DNA of 62,034 bases, filler included, from Trichosphaerium sp. ATCC 40318 (taxonomy: Eukaryota; Protista; Tubulinea), in assembly GCA_038496445.1 (NCBI GenBank). It is 4 parts of 4 records of this genome, joined end to end, with 100 filler letters (N's around TTAATTAATTAA, not from the genome) between each part and the next. Parts side by side here need not be neighbours in the genome. Positions count along the whole stretch, not along the records: positions 1 to 23,921 come from JALMLS010000283.1; 3 more parts are not named here. One strand, 5' to 3'. A program made the position numbers and the translations under genes. This document shows positions 1-13,722 of this stretch, one piece after another (positions within the stretch are counted from its first letter, which is position 1; the number at the start of each line of letters is the position of its first letter). The notes beneath the pieces are model-generated. The model searched no databases. It saw only the letters and a program-made list of their open reading frames with translations, and had not been told where the DNA came from.

Positions 1-387
1 TCCATAATTCCAATTTTGAGTTGGTCATTACTCATAAGCAAAACCTTTTTCATCGCTCTTATTTCTTACAATTGGTACTAGCAAGTATTTAAACATGATT
101 TGGTGGTTAACAAGAAGTACATGCCCAGTGATAAACAATACCTAGCTCAAATTTGGGATTAGCGATAATTTTTTTTGTCGCTTCGCCTGGTCAATTCCTA
201 TAAAAAGACTGATAACTATAAGTCTATTGACCACAATCCCAAGCTATCGAGCGCAGTACATAATAAGTTGTCAGGTTATAATAGTAGCTTGAAACAAATT
301 AAGCAACCACAATTCAAGAAATTTCAACATTGTACTTTTTGTGTGTTACACATTAGTGAAGTGTCAAATGAAAATCCCTTTTGTGGC

Positions 388-3300
388 ATGTCTCACGCAA
401 TGACTGATCGCCTTGAGCGTTTTGATAGTAATGAAAACGAACAAAATATCGTTGGCACGCAGTTCGTTTTATTTGTGATGAAAAGCGCTTTAGAGTATGT
501 TTTTAACGTTTTCCGTAGGTTTAGACGATGAGGATTATAACCCACGCATAATTTACAACAACGCTGTAGCAGATAACATATCATACCCTTCAAACGTCAC
601 TAGAGTTGCAAAATACACTATTTGGAACTTTCTGTTTAAGAACCTTTATGAACAATTCAAACGCCTTGCTAATTTATATTTTCTTCTTGTTGGGCTATTA
701 CAAGTGCGTAACAATATCTCACGTCTCATATTTATAAGATAACATTGCCAAAACTGACAAAAACATCAAAACTGCTTCATTTATTCAAAAATCATTTCGC
801 CACGCGTCCGAAAGTCGATTTATTAACCAAGCTGTTTTCTTTTTCAGCAAATCCCTGGCGTGTCACCAACAGGTAAATGGACTACACTAGGACCTCTCCT
901 TGGTGTATTAGGTATCACAGCACTGAAAGAAATTTGGGAAGATGTTGTACGTAATGAGTTAGAGAGGTTTTTCTGTTACTTTTTTTTACCAAATATTGTT
1001 TCACTTATTTCGCTCTAAAATTGCTCCTTTAGAAACGACATAAGCAAGATGCAGCGATAAACGGTCAACCCACTGAAATTCTTGAGAATAGTACATTTAT
1101 TAGTAAAAAATGGAAAGATATTCACGTGCGTAGTACATTGGATGCAAAGCCTCTGCGTTTTTTCACGTTTTTTTTCACGTTTTTTCGTGTTTGTTACGAC
1201 ACTTACTCTGGTCTTCTTTTGAAGGTTGGAGATTTTGTAAGGGTTAAAAAGGATGATTTAATACCAGTGGATTTGTTGCTCATATCAACAAGTGACCATT
1301 TAGGCACGTGCTATGCTGAAACGTCACAACTGGATGGGTATGAAAGTAGTAGTTATTCTGAAGTTATACTGATAGTACTCATCAAGAGAAACAAACTTAA
1401 AGACTTTTACTGCATTGCAAGAGACTTTGGACATTCAAAATGCGTATGACGCATCAGAATTCAACGGTGAGTGTCTACAGTGAAAGAGTTCTTCTGGTTA
1501 ATAAAGTTATTTATTTTCTAGGTGTTATTAAATGTGAACAACCTAATGCTAATGTGTACAACTTTGACGGGCGCCTGGATTATAATGAAAATACTTATAG
1601 GTTGGATAAAAGTAACCTTCTCTTAAGAGTTCGTCACAAGCACTTTTTCCTCAAAACAAGCCTTCGACTAAACCACTGCAACAAGGGTGCTCAGTTGAAG
1701 AACACAGAATGGGTTATGGGTGTTGCTGTTTTTACTGGGAAAGACACCAAGATAATGCGAAACTCCAGGTTAACTATATACATTACCTGAACGCTTAGCT
1801 AACAAACTTAAAAGGCAAACACCTCATAAGCAATCGCGAGTTGAAAAGAGAACAAATATCATGATAGTAGCTCTCTTCGCATTTCTTGTTGTTCTATCCT
1901 TATTTTGTAGTATAATGTCTGGCTTTTGGACAGTACGTGCTCGCTACTGTTAGTATGTTGTGTCAAACACTTATATGTATTAGAAACGCAATTTATCTCA
2001 TTGGTACCTTCGTCTTGATGAAGATAAATTCTATGAAACTATTTTATTGAATTCTATAACATTTCTGATTCTTTACAACAACCTTATTCCTATATCACTT
2101 TATGTTACTGTTGAGTTGGTAAAAATTGGACAAGCTATACTTATAGAAGCAGATCAAAGAATGGTTTATAAGAAAAAGAGTGTTGAAGCAAGAACATCAA
2201 ACTTAAATGAAGAACTTGGTCAAGTCAAGTATGTTTTTGCTGATAAAACTGGCACTCTTACAAGAAACCAAGTACGCCCTTGACCACTACTAGTACTTTC
2301 CAAGCTTCATTATTTTTTGCTATTTGCAAATAAAAGACTTGAAAGATCTTCTTTTTTTTTGGTTCAGACACGTGCGTCTTTGTTGTGGTTATTTTTTGAT
2401 TCTTTTTTTCAGATGAAGTTTAAGTGTTGTTCTATTGCTGGGAAGAAATATATCAAATCTGATGATGAAGGTGGTCAATCTAATGATTATGCTTTACAAC
2501 AAGCATTACTTAGTTCATCAACAATACCTGAAAGCATAAAAGACTTCTTTCTTGTTCTCTCCTTAGCACATACAGTCGTTTTAGAAGATAAAGATGGAGA
2601 ATCAATAATGCAAGCTGCTAGTCCTGATGAAGAAGCACTTTTAAGAGCTTGTGGACATTATGGGTTTACTTTTAAGAAACGTGATCACCAAGGATTGGTT
2701 ATAGATGTTTTGGGAACTACACATGAATATGAACTACTGAATATACTTGAGTTCAATGGGTACGCTTATAAAACTATTTCAAATGACAAGCAAAGAAAAC
2801 TTGGAATTTTTTTGTCAGTTTGGTTTTGTTGCCCTGCGATTAATATAATCTATTGCCAAATAACCCACGGTGATATTCAGGGCGAAAGTATGCATAGTTA
2901 CAATAAGAACTTGCATCAGAAAATAAGAACAAAAAGTAACTGTTTTGTTCTCTTACTTTTGATTTTTAGTACACGAAAGAGAATGTCTGTGATTTGCAGA
3001 GAACGTGGTACAGATGAAATTGCGCTTTATTGTAAAGGAGCAGATTGTGTAATATACCCAAGATTATCTAAAGATAATGCACATGACTCAGTGACAATGA
3101 AACATTTAGAAGTACGTCACAGTTCTTTTCTTTCAACGTAATTAATTATACTTAAGGAATTCGCACGTACTGGTTTGCGTACACTTGTAATCGCCAAAAC
3201 GATACTAGATCCAAAGGAATACGATGCTTGGTATGCTATACGTTAATTATAAGAATAAAAGAATTAACATAAGTGCTAGGAACGCAAAATTCGAAGAAGC

Positions 3301-6108
3301 ATCAAAAGCTGTTAGAGACCGTACAGAAAAAATTAATCGAGTTTCGGAAATGATTGAACGAGACTTGACATTACTTGGTGCAACAGCTATTGAAGATAAG
3401 TTACAACTTGGGGTACCTGATACAATAAATGCTCTTTCAATAGCTGGTATTAGCACATGGATGTTGACAGTACGTCAGAAAAAAACGTGGAACTGACAAC
3501 TTTTTGCTTGTATGACTTGGGCTAACAGTTATGTTTTCAAGGGCGACAAACAGGAGACAGCTATTAATATTGGTCACTCGTGTAACCTACTAACTGAACA
3601 TATGCAACTCGTTATTGTCAATCATAAAGATGAAGAGAGTTGTGAAGAACATATACATGATATGTTAGCTGATTTTCAAACAGTAACAAAAGACGAAGTG
3701 AGTACTTTTTACAACACTATCTTTGCATCAAATTCAATTTTCAAAATACGGGCTTATCTTGCGCGTATATTTTACGCCAGTCTACACTCACACTCATTTA
3801 TATAAGTGATGTTTCGATTGCATTTCGAGTTGACTTTGTGTGACTTTTATCTGACTTGTCTCCTTTAGAATTTAGCTATGGTAATCGATGGTGACACACT
3901 TGACTTCGCTTTAGAACCAAAACTTAAATATAAGTTCCTTGAGGTCGCTCTAAAATGTAAAGCCGTCATTGCATGCCGTGCTACACCTGCACATAAAGGA
4001 GGTATAGTTTCATTGGTGAAGCAAAAAGGAGATGGCGTTTGTCTTGCAATTGGCGATGGTGCTAATGATGTATCTATGATACAAGCTGCTGATGTTGGTA
4101 TCGGTATATCTGGTCAAGAAGGAGCTCAAGCTGCACGGGCTTCCGATTTTTCGATTGGTCAATTCAGGTACAACCCTTTCTTTCCCTTATGTTGGTCTCA
4201 TTTTTTTAACCTTTGTGTAGGTTCTTGCAGCGTTTACTTTTTGTTCATGGTCGTTGGTCATACAGGCGCACAGCTAAAGTTATACTATACAGTTTCTATA
4301 AGAATATCGTACTTTATTTATCTCAATTTTTCTTCACAGTACGAAATGGCTATTCTGGTCAGGTACACCTCTTTTTTTCTTTCTTTTTTCTTTTTTTCCT
4401 GTTATCAAGCTTACTCTGCGCGCTTTTTATGTTGCAATTTTAACTCTGTTTATAGTCTCTTTATGAACGATGGACGCTTACGCTTTATAATATTGCTTTC
4501 ACATCTCTACCTGTTGTCGTTTTTGGTCTTTTTGATCAAGATGTAAATCAATCAGCATTGATATCCTATCCTAATTTGTATAATTATGGTCAACGCAATA
4601 AGGCAGTAAGTTTCATTTAAATATTTTAGACAACTCATTAACACAGTTAATCCATTTTGTGGTCTTTTTGTTGGCTCTAGAGCATGGCTTTAACCAAAAT
4701 TCTCTTCTGATGGTTTTTTTTGTAATTATTCACATCCATATCAAGTGGTCTTATCTAATATCTAATATAATTCGCTTAGTTCTCATTACTGACATTTATG
4801 AGTTATATAACAAACGCTATTTTTCACTCCTTTGTACGATAATATTTCGTCAGATATTTCTTTCAAAACTACTTTTTGTTGACAGCTTGAGATTTAATTA
4901 TTGCTTACTTACACTTCCTAAGATAACATTCGTGATTGTCACTCTATGTTTAGAACACAGTGTCATGCAAAGCAGTGGTAATCCACTTGATTTATATTTT
5001 ATAGGCACAACACTGTACGGCGTCAAAAAAATCGCTCAAAAGAAAAACTTATAACGCAATAGATATGCGACTATTCTGATTACTGTCACTTTCAAGTTAT
5101 TCCTCGAATCTAGATATGTTACAGTTTGGAATCATATAGCATTATGGGGTTCAATAGTATTATTCTTTGTTTTTCTGGCTGTATATTCTACAATGTACTC
5201 CATGGGTAATGATTTTATACCATGACTTTTTTTCTGACTTATTTTAATTCTCTACCTTCCAGGATCTGGTGCCAATGAGATATTTAAACTATTTTTTTTA
5301 ATGGCAAAAGAACCTATATTCTATGCTACGACTACTCTTGCTGTTTCTATCGCATTATGGAGAGATATGATGTGGCAGAGGTAATTTTTAAATTAAACAT
5401 ACAAACTCTTCATGTACAAAGTTCAATCGCCACACTCTTCTCTTTTGCCTCGCACCGTGAAATGCAATTTCTATCAATAGAATTGATAATAGAATATGCT
5501 CATGGTGAAGCAAAGGAAGAATGTGTACTGATTAGAGCCGCGGGAGTTTACCAAGACTTTTTTTCTTAACTTTTTTTCAAATCTAGTTTCCGACGAGTGT
5601 TATTTCCATCAGATTACCATGTCATCCAACACGCCCTAATAGCTGGTAAATCAAAGAACACAGCTAAGAACCAAAAGCGCAAAGACCATACTGAAAAGAG
5701 AGATAATGAGCGTGAAAACCTTATCAATACACACCCAAGTAACCGTAGGTTATCAAAAGCTGTATCTGTTTCTTTACTACAAAAAAGTACGTTGAAAAAA
5801 ATTCTCTTTTCACTTTTCGTGGCCACAGTTCTGGCGTTCTCCCTTTCTGTCCCAAGGAAAATACCTTGCCTTTTTTACGCTTTAAAGACAGTATTTTCAT
5901 GGGACTGGGTAGTAGAAGGGGACAAAAAATTGTTAATTTGTAACGCTTTCTGCAAACAGTGTTTTTTGTAATGTCACAAAGTAATTGCTCCTGTCTAATG
6001 TGTTTAATAGATACTGGTTATGCGTTTGCACAAGAACCTGGAGAAGGATATAGACTCAGTAGAAGGTTATCCACGAGAATATCATTACATAGATCCCAAC
6101 AGATATAA
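388..6108 (+). CDS. P4-type ATPase (phospholipid flippase), Drs2/ATP8A-like; multi-exon
   Basis: Spliced fragments contain [47 protein letters not shown] (phosphorylation site), [63 protein letters not shown] and C-terminal GYAF (TGYAFAQE); stop TAA 6106-6108. Start codon (388 or 400) and first intron (possible GC donor) uncertain. Confidence 0.95.
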
Positions 6109-7100
6109 TCAAAACAAATTTCATAAAGCACAGAAGCCAGCCATCCTCAACTAAGTGTGGATTAATGAGAGTAGCTAGCGCCTGACAAGTTGTGATTTTA
6201 TAATTTCCTCAATTTTTTAATGGAAGAGGAGTATAACATAAGAACTGTGTGCTAACGCCCATGGGATTAAGTAAATAAAAAATTAACAGTCATGGTGAAT
6301 GTTTGGGTACTAGAGGAATATTAATCTGTCTGAAGTTTCGACGGTTGTCTCACAAACGGCCTTCACAACACCTTTAAATAATGCTTATACATGTTTCGTG
6401 GCCTTGTACTTCTATAGAAACTCACTAGCCGTAAAACTACTGCAGCCCAAGTTTGTTTATTACTAAAATACGCCATGATATGTAATTTATTAATCAATCC
6501 TTGCAAGTTTAAATAATCACGAGTGTAAGTTTAACTATCTGGTAGTAAATTGAAAAAGTTAAAAAAAACTCCTTGAAACTCATGTAAACTTTAAAACGAT
6601 TTGAGTCACGTGCAACCACTTTTTTTTGAAACAACGATGAATTCCGGTTTGTGTACTTTTTTTTACTAGACTTTGTTTTCATATGTAGCAGCTTTATAAG
6701 TGCTAGAATGCTTTATTTACGAGTATTAAACCTCATTGGAGGTGTTGCACCAGTGAAAAAAAAAAATCTCGGAAACGTGATTGATTTAAATCACCAAATC
6801 GAGAAAAAAAATAGCTTAACTTGATTAAAATCAACCTCAACCTCCACAAATGTCTACCACTAACGTAAGTGTCAACAATACATTCAAACTGAAACGTTTT
6901 AAGTTTGTTTTGGTGCAAATTCTAAAACTCGTTGTATTTAGGGTCTTAAAGGAATCTCCAAGCGTAGAAAGCAAACAAAAACGTGTAATAAAATGAAAAA
7001 AAAAACCAGCAGTTTTTTGTTAAGTCTTTGTGAATCGGTTTTACCTTGTTTCACTTTTCAAAAACAGTTTCAGATTATCGAGCCGAAAGCAAGTAAACCT

Positions 7101-8383
7101 ATGTCTCAGTCAAAACATACTGAACACAAAGAACAAAATAGCATATCAAGTCCAGGTGGTAACGGTGATGGTACGTACTCAACAACCATCTTTCTGGTCT
7201 TTACCTTAATACTGTAGTGGCTATACAACATGAGGGATACAGGGGTCCATTGAGAACACCAAGAACGAATGAGTACGGTTAATTATAAACTTGTAAAATT
7301 AATGTGCGTAGGTTTCGCCATAACGAACTCCCAGGGAGACGTAGAAGGTACGGGTTATATATTTATTTTGTTTTTCTTTGACACGTGATTTTCTAAATTG
7401 GCGTAACTTAGCCCTTATGCCCTGTACAATTGTTAAATCCTCTCTTAGGAACCGGCAAGCGCCTCAAGGAAACTATACACATACTTATAGGCGAAGTGAC
7501 ATAATAATTAAAAAAAACATGTACAGTTCGTTTTTGTCCGCTGAAACTAATAGTTGCACAGGTTTTATCCTTTGGAGATGCCCAATCTCATGCTTTCAGG
7601 GTTTTACGAAGAGTCAGGAAAACCAGCGTTGATTTGGGCTTCATCTTTCAGAGAGTACAGGTATCTTATTGCCATCGGTTTGAACATAGTAAATAACCAC
7701 GCTCGGCGCTTTATCAACGGCATTGCCCGCGTCGAAAAAAATGCGGATCTTTCTAAATGGAGGGAAGTACTACAAGTTTATATCAATGGTAAAGCTCGTC
7801 GTACTGAACACTGGGAGGACCTGGAGAAAGTCATACCATTCCCAAATGAAGCTTGGAGTCTTTTTAATCAAATTATGTTTGACAGAAATGAATACTGTCA
7901 CAAAGGATTAAATGCCCATACTTGGAGCATTGTAAAGCGCAAATGTGAGCGCTTTATTGACTGCCTCGGACTATCCATTAAAGAGCCTGTCACGGAAACA
8001 CGTACGATAAGATATTTCCGAGGATGAGTTTCTTACAAATACGGTAGGTGCTATAAGAACACTCGCCAAAGAGATGAGTACACTAGGGCACGAAGATTAC
8101 GTAGTCGTTCGGAAGGATGAGTACAGGCACGTATTCAAGTTTCTCAATCATTTTCTCTGACATGCTCAGGGATGCTGAGGCAATAGCAGCTATTGAAAAA
8201 GCTGCGTACGAGAGAGGTGTAAAGAAGGGAAAAGAGGAGGCAGACAAAGCTAATGCCGCTGCCTTGAAAAAAGCACAATTGGAGTTAAGAATGAGTAAGC
8301 GAATATCTAAAGATCTTCATATCCAAGTAGAAGAAGTTAACCAACAAATTACAACTTTAAAAAAGCAACGTAATAACGTTTAG
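7101..8383 (+). CDS. Multi-exon hypothetical protein with C-terminal coiled coil
   Basis: ATG 7101, several short GT-AG-bounded segments, ORF 7554-8027, last exon DAEAIAAIEKAAYERG...LELRMSKRISKDLHIQVEE; AATAAA after stop. Exon structure unresolved. Confidence 0.5.
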
Positions 8384-8856
8384 TGTTGAGGACGTAATGT
8401 AAATAAAAACTAGTTAGAGAAAGCAAATACATGAATTCTGTTTGAAAAGAGAAAAAAATTTGGTTTTCAAAACTTAATCACATGATTTATTTGTTTTTAA
8501 CTTGATTGCATTCAAGGTCTTTGCTAGAAACCATGTGACTTTAATTGTTAATCATTGTTTTCAAGTTTATGTAAGTATCGAGTTCACGGCACCATTTATG
8601 CTAGCCCTTCGTTTATTTATGTAAGTTTAGATATACTATATCGTTAAAATACAGCTTTGACTCGCAATGCTCAGGTAACTTGCTATGCGCGCCACCTTAA
8701 TTAATATTAGACTCAGACATAAATGACTACAGTAAATTATGATAACATGGCACCACTACGAATCAGAACCACATGTTAGATAGAGATACTGAGTAAAAGA
8801 CATGTATGATAGTGAAGGGAGGATAGCTAAAGTGCAATCCCTTGCGTTTATTAGTT

Positions 8857-10316
8857 CTACGCATTTGCTTGGTCCCAGTAAGATCCAAAGCAAAGAGGCT
8901 CTTGATGACATTCTGGAGTGTTGTGACAATACACAGCACATGATCTTGAAACACAGTTTGATGAAAATATGCATGGGTTACGTCTTGTAAGACGGAAACA
9001 CTTTCTGTGGTTACGACATGATATTTGTGTTGGTGGTATGGTGTTGTCACCATAATCATTGTCATCGCCATTGTCACTTCCAGAAACAGTGATAGAAGAT
9101 AGTGTTGGAGCATCACAGAAAGCAGAAGTACCTTGACTAAAATAACAATTTAAGGAAATGGAAGAACCTGATACAGATACAAAGGTACATACGCTGAAGA
9201 TCCTTCATTTGACCGGATTGGAGTAGATTCACCAGAAGATGTGGTGATAGACGCACCAATGTTGTTTACTTGACCAGGCGATGTCAACTCGATTGTGATA
9301 GTGCATGATGCTTGTGAGTTTTGACTCAAAGTAGCTTCAAATTGAAGTACATTACACTTGATGAAGATGTTCCAGAGCAAGATGATGATTGAACAGTACC
9401 AACAGAGCTGTCAAATTCAAAAGAACCTGATATGGTCTCGGAAACAAGTACTGGAAACCTCTCGTAGTTCTCACAAGTCACATCAACATTGATCTCATCA
9501 CCAACTTTCAAATCGTTGATATTTGCAGAACCAAGAGGATTGATTGTATGCCTAATGACCACATGAGTACATGGTACTGAAAAAAAAAATTGGTGATTTA
9601 GATTGTAAAATCTGAAAAACAGATAAAACAGCATTCTTACCAACAGGATACAGATGGTTGACAGCAAGCGTATGAGATAACAGCATCAGCACCGCCAACA
9701 TCAGCATCTAGCACATATTCTACACGATCAACTGATACCAGATCACCAATACTACTTCCGTAAGGGATACATACATCTACAGGTGTAGATATCTCCTGGG
9801 TGATATCAAAACTGAGTTCAGTATTTGTTGAAGTTGCAGAACCTCTTAAAACAGCAGATACGATTGTTTGACTATCAGAATATCTTACACGAAAGTTGTA
9901 ACAACCTATTAAGAATAAAACAGTGAGATTCAACTCAATAAATCACGTGTTTAATAATAAAGCGTACTGCATCCGTTCTGAGTCAAGTCCAATGGAGGTG
10001 AAATGCCAGAAAGAGACGCTCCAGCGTACACAGAAGAACAAGATCCAATGACAGAGACATCATTAGATAGTTGGAAACCAAGATTGTTTACAATCGCACA
10101 AGAGGTTCTCAATGCATCAATCGGGGCTCCTGATAGCCTGTTTGCTGTGAGATCTCTACGAGCACCGACAATAGAGCCATCGAGAGTAGTTTCAGTTACT
10201 TGAGGAGATGAATTGATAGCTTCAGATCTTCCAAAGGCAACAAAGGGATCAACTTGAGATGCGTTGAGGGATACAAGGAATAGTCCAACGAATAGAAGCA
10301 AGAGTTGTTGTTTCAT
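8857..10316 (-). CDS. Secreted multi-exon protein with Ser/Thr-rich beta-type domains and Cys-rich C-terminus
   Basis: Signal peptide MKQQLLLLFVGLFLVSLNA; consecutive ORF segments separated by short introns; last exon ends CAVYCHNTPECHQEPLCFGSYWDQANA*, followed by AATAAA on the minus strand. Confidence 0.75.
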
Positions 10317-11949
10317 ATTTATGGTAAATTGATTTGTGGTAATACTGAATAAGGAGTAAATAAGTCAAACGTGGCACTTTGTGGTATCAGCTCGTGGCTT
10401 GTGAATCAAAATTTTGGATGACGCCACATTGTGTGAGAAAGGTACTTACTTTGTCTTTACTAAACATCAAAGATTCCGGATATGTAATGAAGTAATTAGT
10501 GTTGTGCCAACTTTGAACCTCTGTTTGAAAAGTTGTCTGCGCGTGTCATATTCTTTGAATGGGTTTTATCTTTTACTGGCTCCCATCAGGAACTGTTTTT
10601 ACGAGTATTATTCATCTACAAAAGAGTGCCTTGTGTGGTCATAAATGCTGTCGTAATGGTTCGAGCTCAGTCGGGGTTTTTTTAAGTGAAGCCATTACCT
10701 TTTTAGTTGGTGCTTAAAAACTGTTGGTGTGCCTCATATGCTTTTAGAGGTAATGTACCAAGTACTGCACAACATTCACATGACATGTAGGAGTGGAGTA
10801 TACTAGATCTCGAGATATCACGTTATTATAAACCTTAATGTTGAGAGTTTCATGTGTGACAGTTTGAACGGTCTATAACATAGGCTCAGTTTTACACTGT
10901 TTTGTAAAATAGTAATACGTTTTATACGCTTTGTAGTATCCACTGAGTTACTTCCAGGGTATTCGTGGTAGACATTTTAATGGCATTTTTTAGGGTTAAA
11001 ATATGTATTCCGTGGGCATAACGAGAGTTAGCTATACATACGTGGGTAAATGTATTGGAATGGCTTGAATTTGAATAAATAAAACAAAATCTTGGGGTGT
11101 TTGAACTGAATCAGTCTATTCAGTGGCATCTTTTTGTAATACTAATGCTGTAAACAACATACTTCATGGCGCTATTTCGTTTGTTTAATGGCGTAATATG
11201 AAGCTGGGTTGGTGTAATGAAGCTTATGATGTTAACAAGGTAATGAGTACCCACGGTAAAGTGTTTGGAGAAGTACCAGGCCTTATTGACTTGACGCTTG
11301 GACTGATGTAATTTTCGTTGTGGAGAATAGTAATGGTTTCTACTGGTGTGTACGGAGGCATCCTCAGAGACCATAATGGTATTTAGAATAAACTGTCGTC
11401 TTGTACTAAGGAAATAGATAGTCAGGAACCAAATCCAGCTAAAGATACTTGCATGTCCAGTTCAATGTAAAACAGCACCCTAACCCTAGTTTCAAGTATG
11501 TGAATATCGCTATTAACTTCAATATCAACCAATTATCCTGTTGCAATTGTAGGACCCAGAGTGATACACTATCAAAGAATCTTTTTCGAAGTGCCGCTTG
11601 TGCTACATGCGAACCAAAGACCAAAAAACACAAGTTCGCTCAACAAGCGCACAGTACACGTGATAACGCTAAATACAAATTTACGCTTCTGATAGTACTT
11701 AGGAAGTGTAACTCAAAAAATATCGTACGCGATTAGGACAACTGTGACATTACTACTGACTGTATTACATCACAAAAGTTCCATGTGTAACTTATGTGTT
11801 CCTAACCAGCTTTTTATGTTGTCAATTGTGTTAAAACAAATTATTTCCTTTGTCCATTTATGATGTACAATACACTCTGTGTTGAGACCTGAACTGCACG
11901 TGAATAAGTTTTAAAAAAAAAAGTGCATTGAATAGTGGATTTCAACTCC

Positions 11950-12486
11950 TTCCCGATTGATCTCATTCGAAGGAGATAGGTAACATACATACAAGTAGTG
12001 GTACTCATAACAGCTAGACTAAACGGAGATAGTCTGTAGTCGTACGGTAATGAGTAGTTTACCGAAAAATAGAAAAACGACCCAACTCAATAAAAACAAG
12101 TTGACACTTCCCTCACCATTGTCATGTGTTGCCTCAAAACTGTTAACAATCTTTTTTGTGTTACACTACATGAGTATTCACGAGAAAGTGCCATAGGTAA
12201 AAACACATTTCAGAGCGTCTGGGAGGTGAATACAATTATCACGGGTATTCTTGTACCAATGTGTGACTACATGTACGCCTTTGATGTTTCTATGTTTAGT
12301 ACTGACACGTTAAAACAAGCAGCTTGCGACCAGGCAGAAATAGAGACCAAAGCAGCAATGCAAGCTGAGCTTGCCAGTATGAAACTTGAGTTAAAGCTCA
12401 CCAAACAACATTGCACGGATCTCCAAGATCAAGTAGCTGAGCAGTACGAAACTATAAACGAGTTGAGAGAAAAAAGTGCAAAATAG
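11950..12486 (+). CDS. Coiled-coil gene or gene fragment paralogous to the 3' part of 7101-8383
   Basis: LELKLTKQHCTDLQDQVAE resembles LELRMSKRISKDLHIQVEE; GTAGTCGTACGGTAATGAGTA (~12036) resembles GTAGTCGTTCGGAAGGATGAGTA (~8101); both stops are followed by TGTT. 5' boundary approximate. Confidence 0.45.
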
Positions 12487-12564
12487 TGTTTACTAGAACA
12501 AAATTGGGCCGACTTAACTACCTACCATCGTCGCAACTTCTCCCGCTCAAAGGAAAATTCAAAT

Positions 12565-13722
12565 ATGGCGTACGGGACCTCTACTGCGTACCGATCGCCT
12601 CACTCCTGTTTTAGTACTACAAGCATGAAAAGTGTCACCGACCGGTTGGAAATTGAACTGGCCAAGTTCGTAGACGAAAAAACTGGAGCCAACCCTCTCA
12701 CCTTGATGGTCTGGGCCACTTTCGTTCCCTGTGAGCAAGCACAAGCTACTCTTCGCGAGAAACAGCCTAATGCTGCACTACCGAACACCACTACATGGTA
12801 TGAGGCCCTTTTGGGCCCAACCTGCTCATTTACTTCTATCTTTTTGTTTTCTTTTTATTTTGTGTTTTTACACGTGATTTGTACTTACTTTACTAGGCCT
12901 ACGTCTTTTGCTGGCGTCAAGCCGACATCTGAGGAAATGGACCTTATGACCAACTATGCCTTTAGCGCTATCACCTCTGGTCGTGAAGAAATGCTTTCTG
13001 ATCTGTCTGGGTCTTCCTGGACAGTCTCTAGAATTTCTTACGGTTATTTGTGGAAGTTTCGGTCTAAGGGACGTTACAACCTTGGAAACACTACCCTGAT
13101 GCAATTTGGTAATGCTTACTACACTTTTAAAAGTACGCTCCCCTCCCGCCAAACTGTAACTTTTATCGGTGTACCTGGTGTGGTCCCTACGGCTGTGCTC
13201 ACTGGCATGCTCTCTATTGCAGGCGCTTGCGTCATCAGCTGCGAACGTGTCACTATGGGTAACGGCCTTCCAACCGACCGAGTCATCGCTAAACTTTCAG
13301 CAAGGTGCCCAGAACTCCAATACGGCAGTTTTGTGGTTCGTACGGATAATGAGGAAGTTCGCATCCGCTATCATTCGAGTGGTTTTGTACCTAAGGATAA
13401 ACCTCGGCAAAAACGCACTAAGCGCCCCAACAAACGCCAACGAGACCGTCAAAAAGCTGAAGCCATCAAAGCTAAAGCTCTCTCGGAAGCAGTGGCTCTT
13501 ACTGACAACAGCAAAACTGTGGCTACAACTGTTACTACCCAAACTGGTGTCCCTCCTGTCCCTTGTTCTACTTCTGCTCCCGCTACTGAGCCAGAGTACG
13601 CTGTTAAAGCTCCAACTCCTATGGAGGTGGATAACAGTGCTTCTCTCAGTAGCTGCAGTGCTAAAAAGCCTAGACATGGTGATGGTCTGTATGATGTAAG
13701 GACTACTGATGGCAACTTCTAA
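12565..13722 (+). CDS. Retrotransposon ORF1 (RRM-like nucleic-acid-binding protein)
   Basis: Upstream of ORF2 and overlapping it by 14 nt; VTFIGVPGVVP...GLPTDRVIAKL is typical of L1/Tx1 ORF1 RRM-like regions; basic stretch and low-complexity tail; probable intron 12798-12896. Confidence 0.8.
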   Translation: MAYGTSTAYRSPHSCFSTTSMKSVTDRLEIELAKFVDEKTGANPLTLMVWATFVPCEQAQATLREKQPNAALPNTTTWYEALLGPTCSFTSIFLFSFYFVFLHVICTYFTRPTSFAGVKPTSEEMDLMTNYAFSAITSGREEMLSDLSGSSWTVSRISYGYLWKFRSKGRYNLGNTTLMQFGNAYYTFKSTLPSRQTVTFIGVPGVVPTAVLTGMLSIAGACVISCERVTMGNGLPTDRVIAKLSARCPELQYGSFVVRTDNEEVRIRYHSSGFVPKDKPRQKRTKRPNKRQRDRQKAEAIKAKALSEAVALTDNSKTVATTVTTQTGVPPVPCSTSAPATEPEYAVKAPTPMEVDNSASLSSCSAKKPRHGDGLYDVRTTDGNF

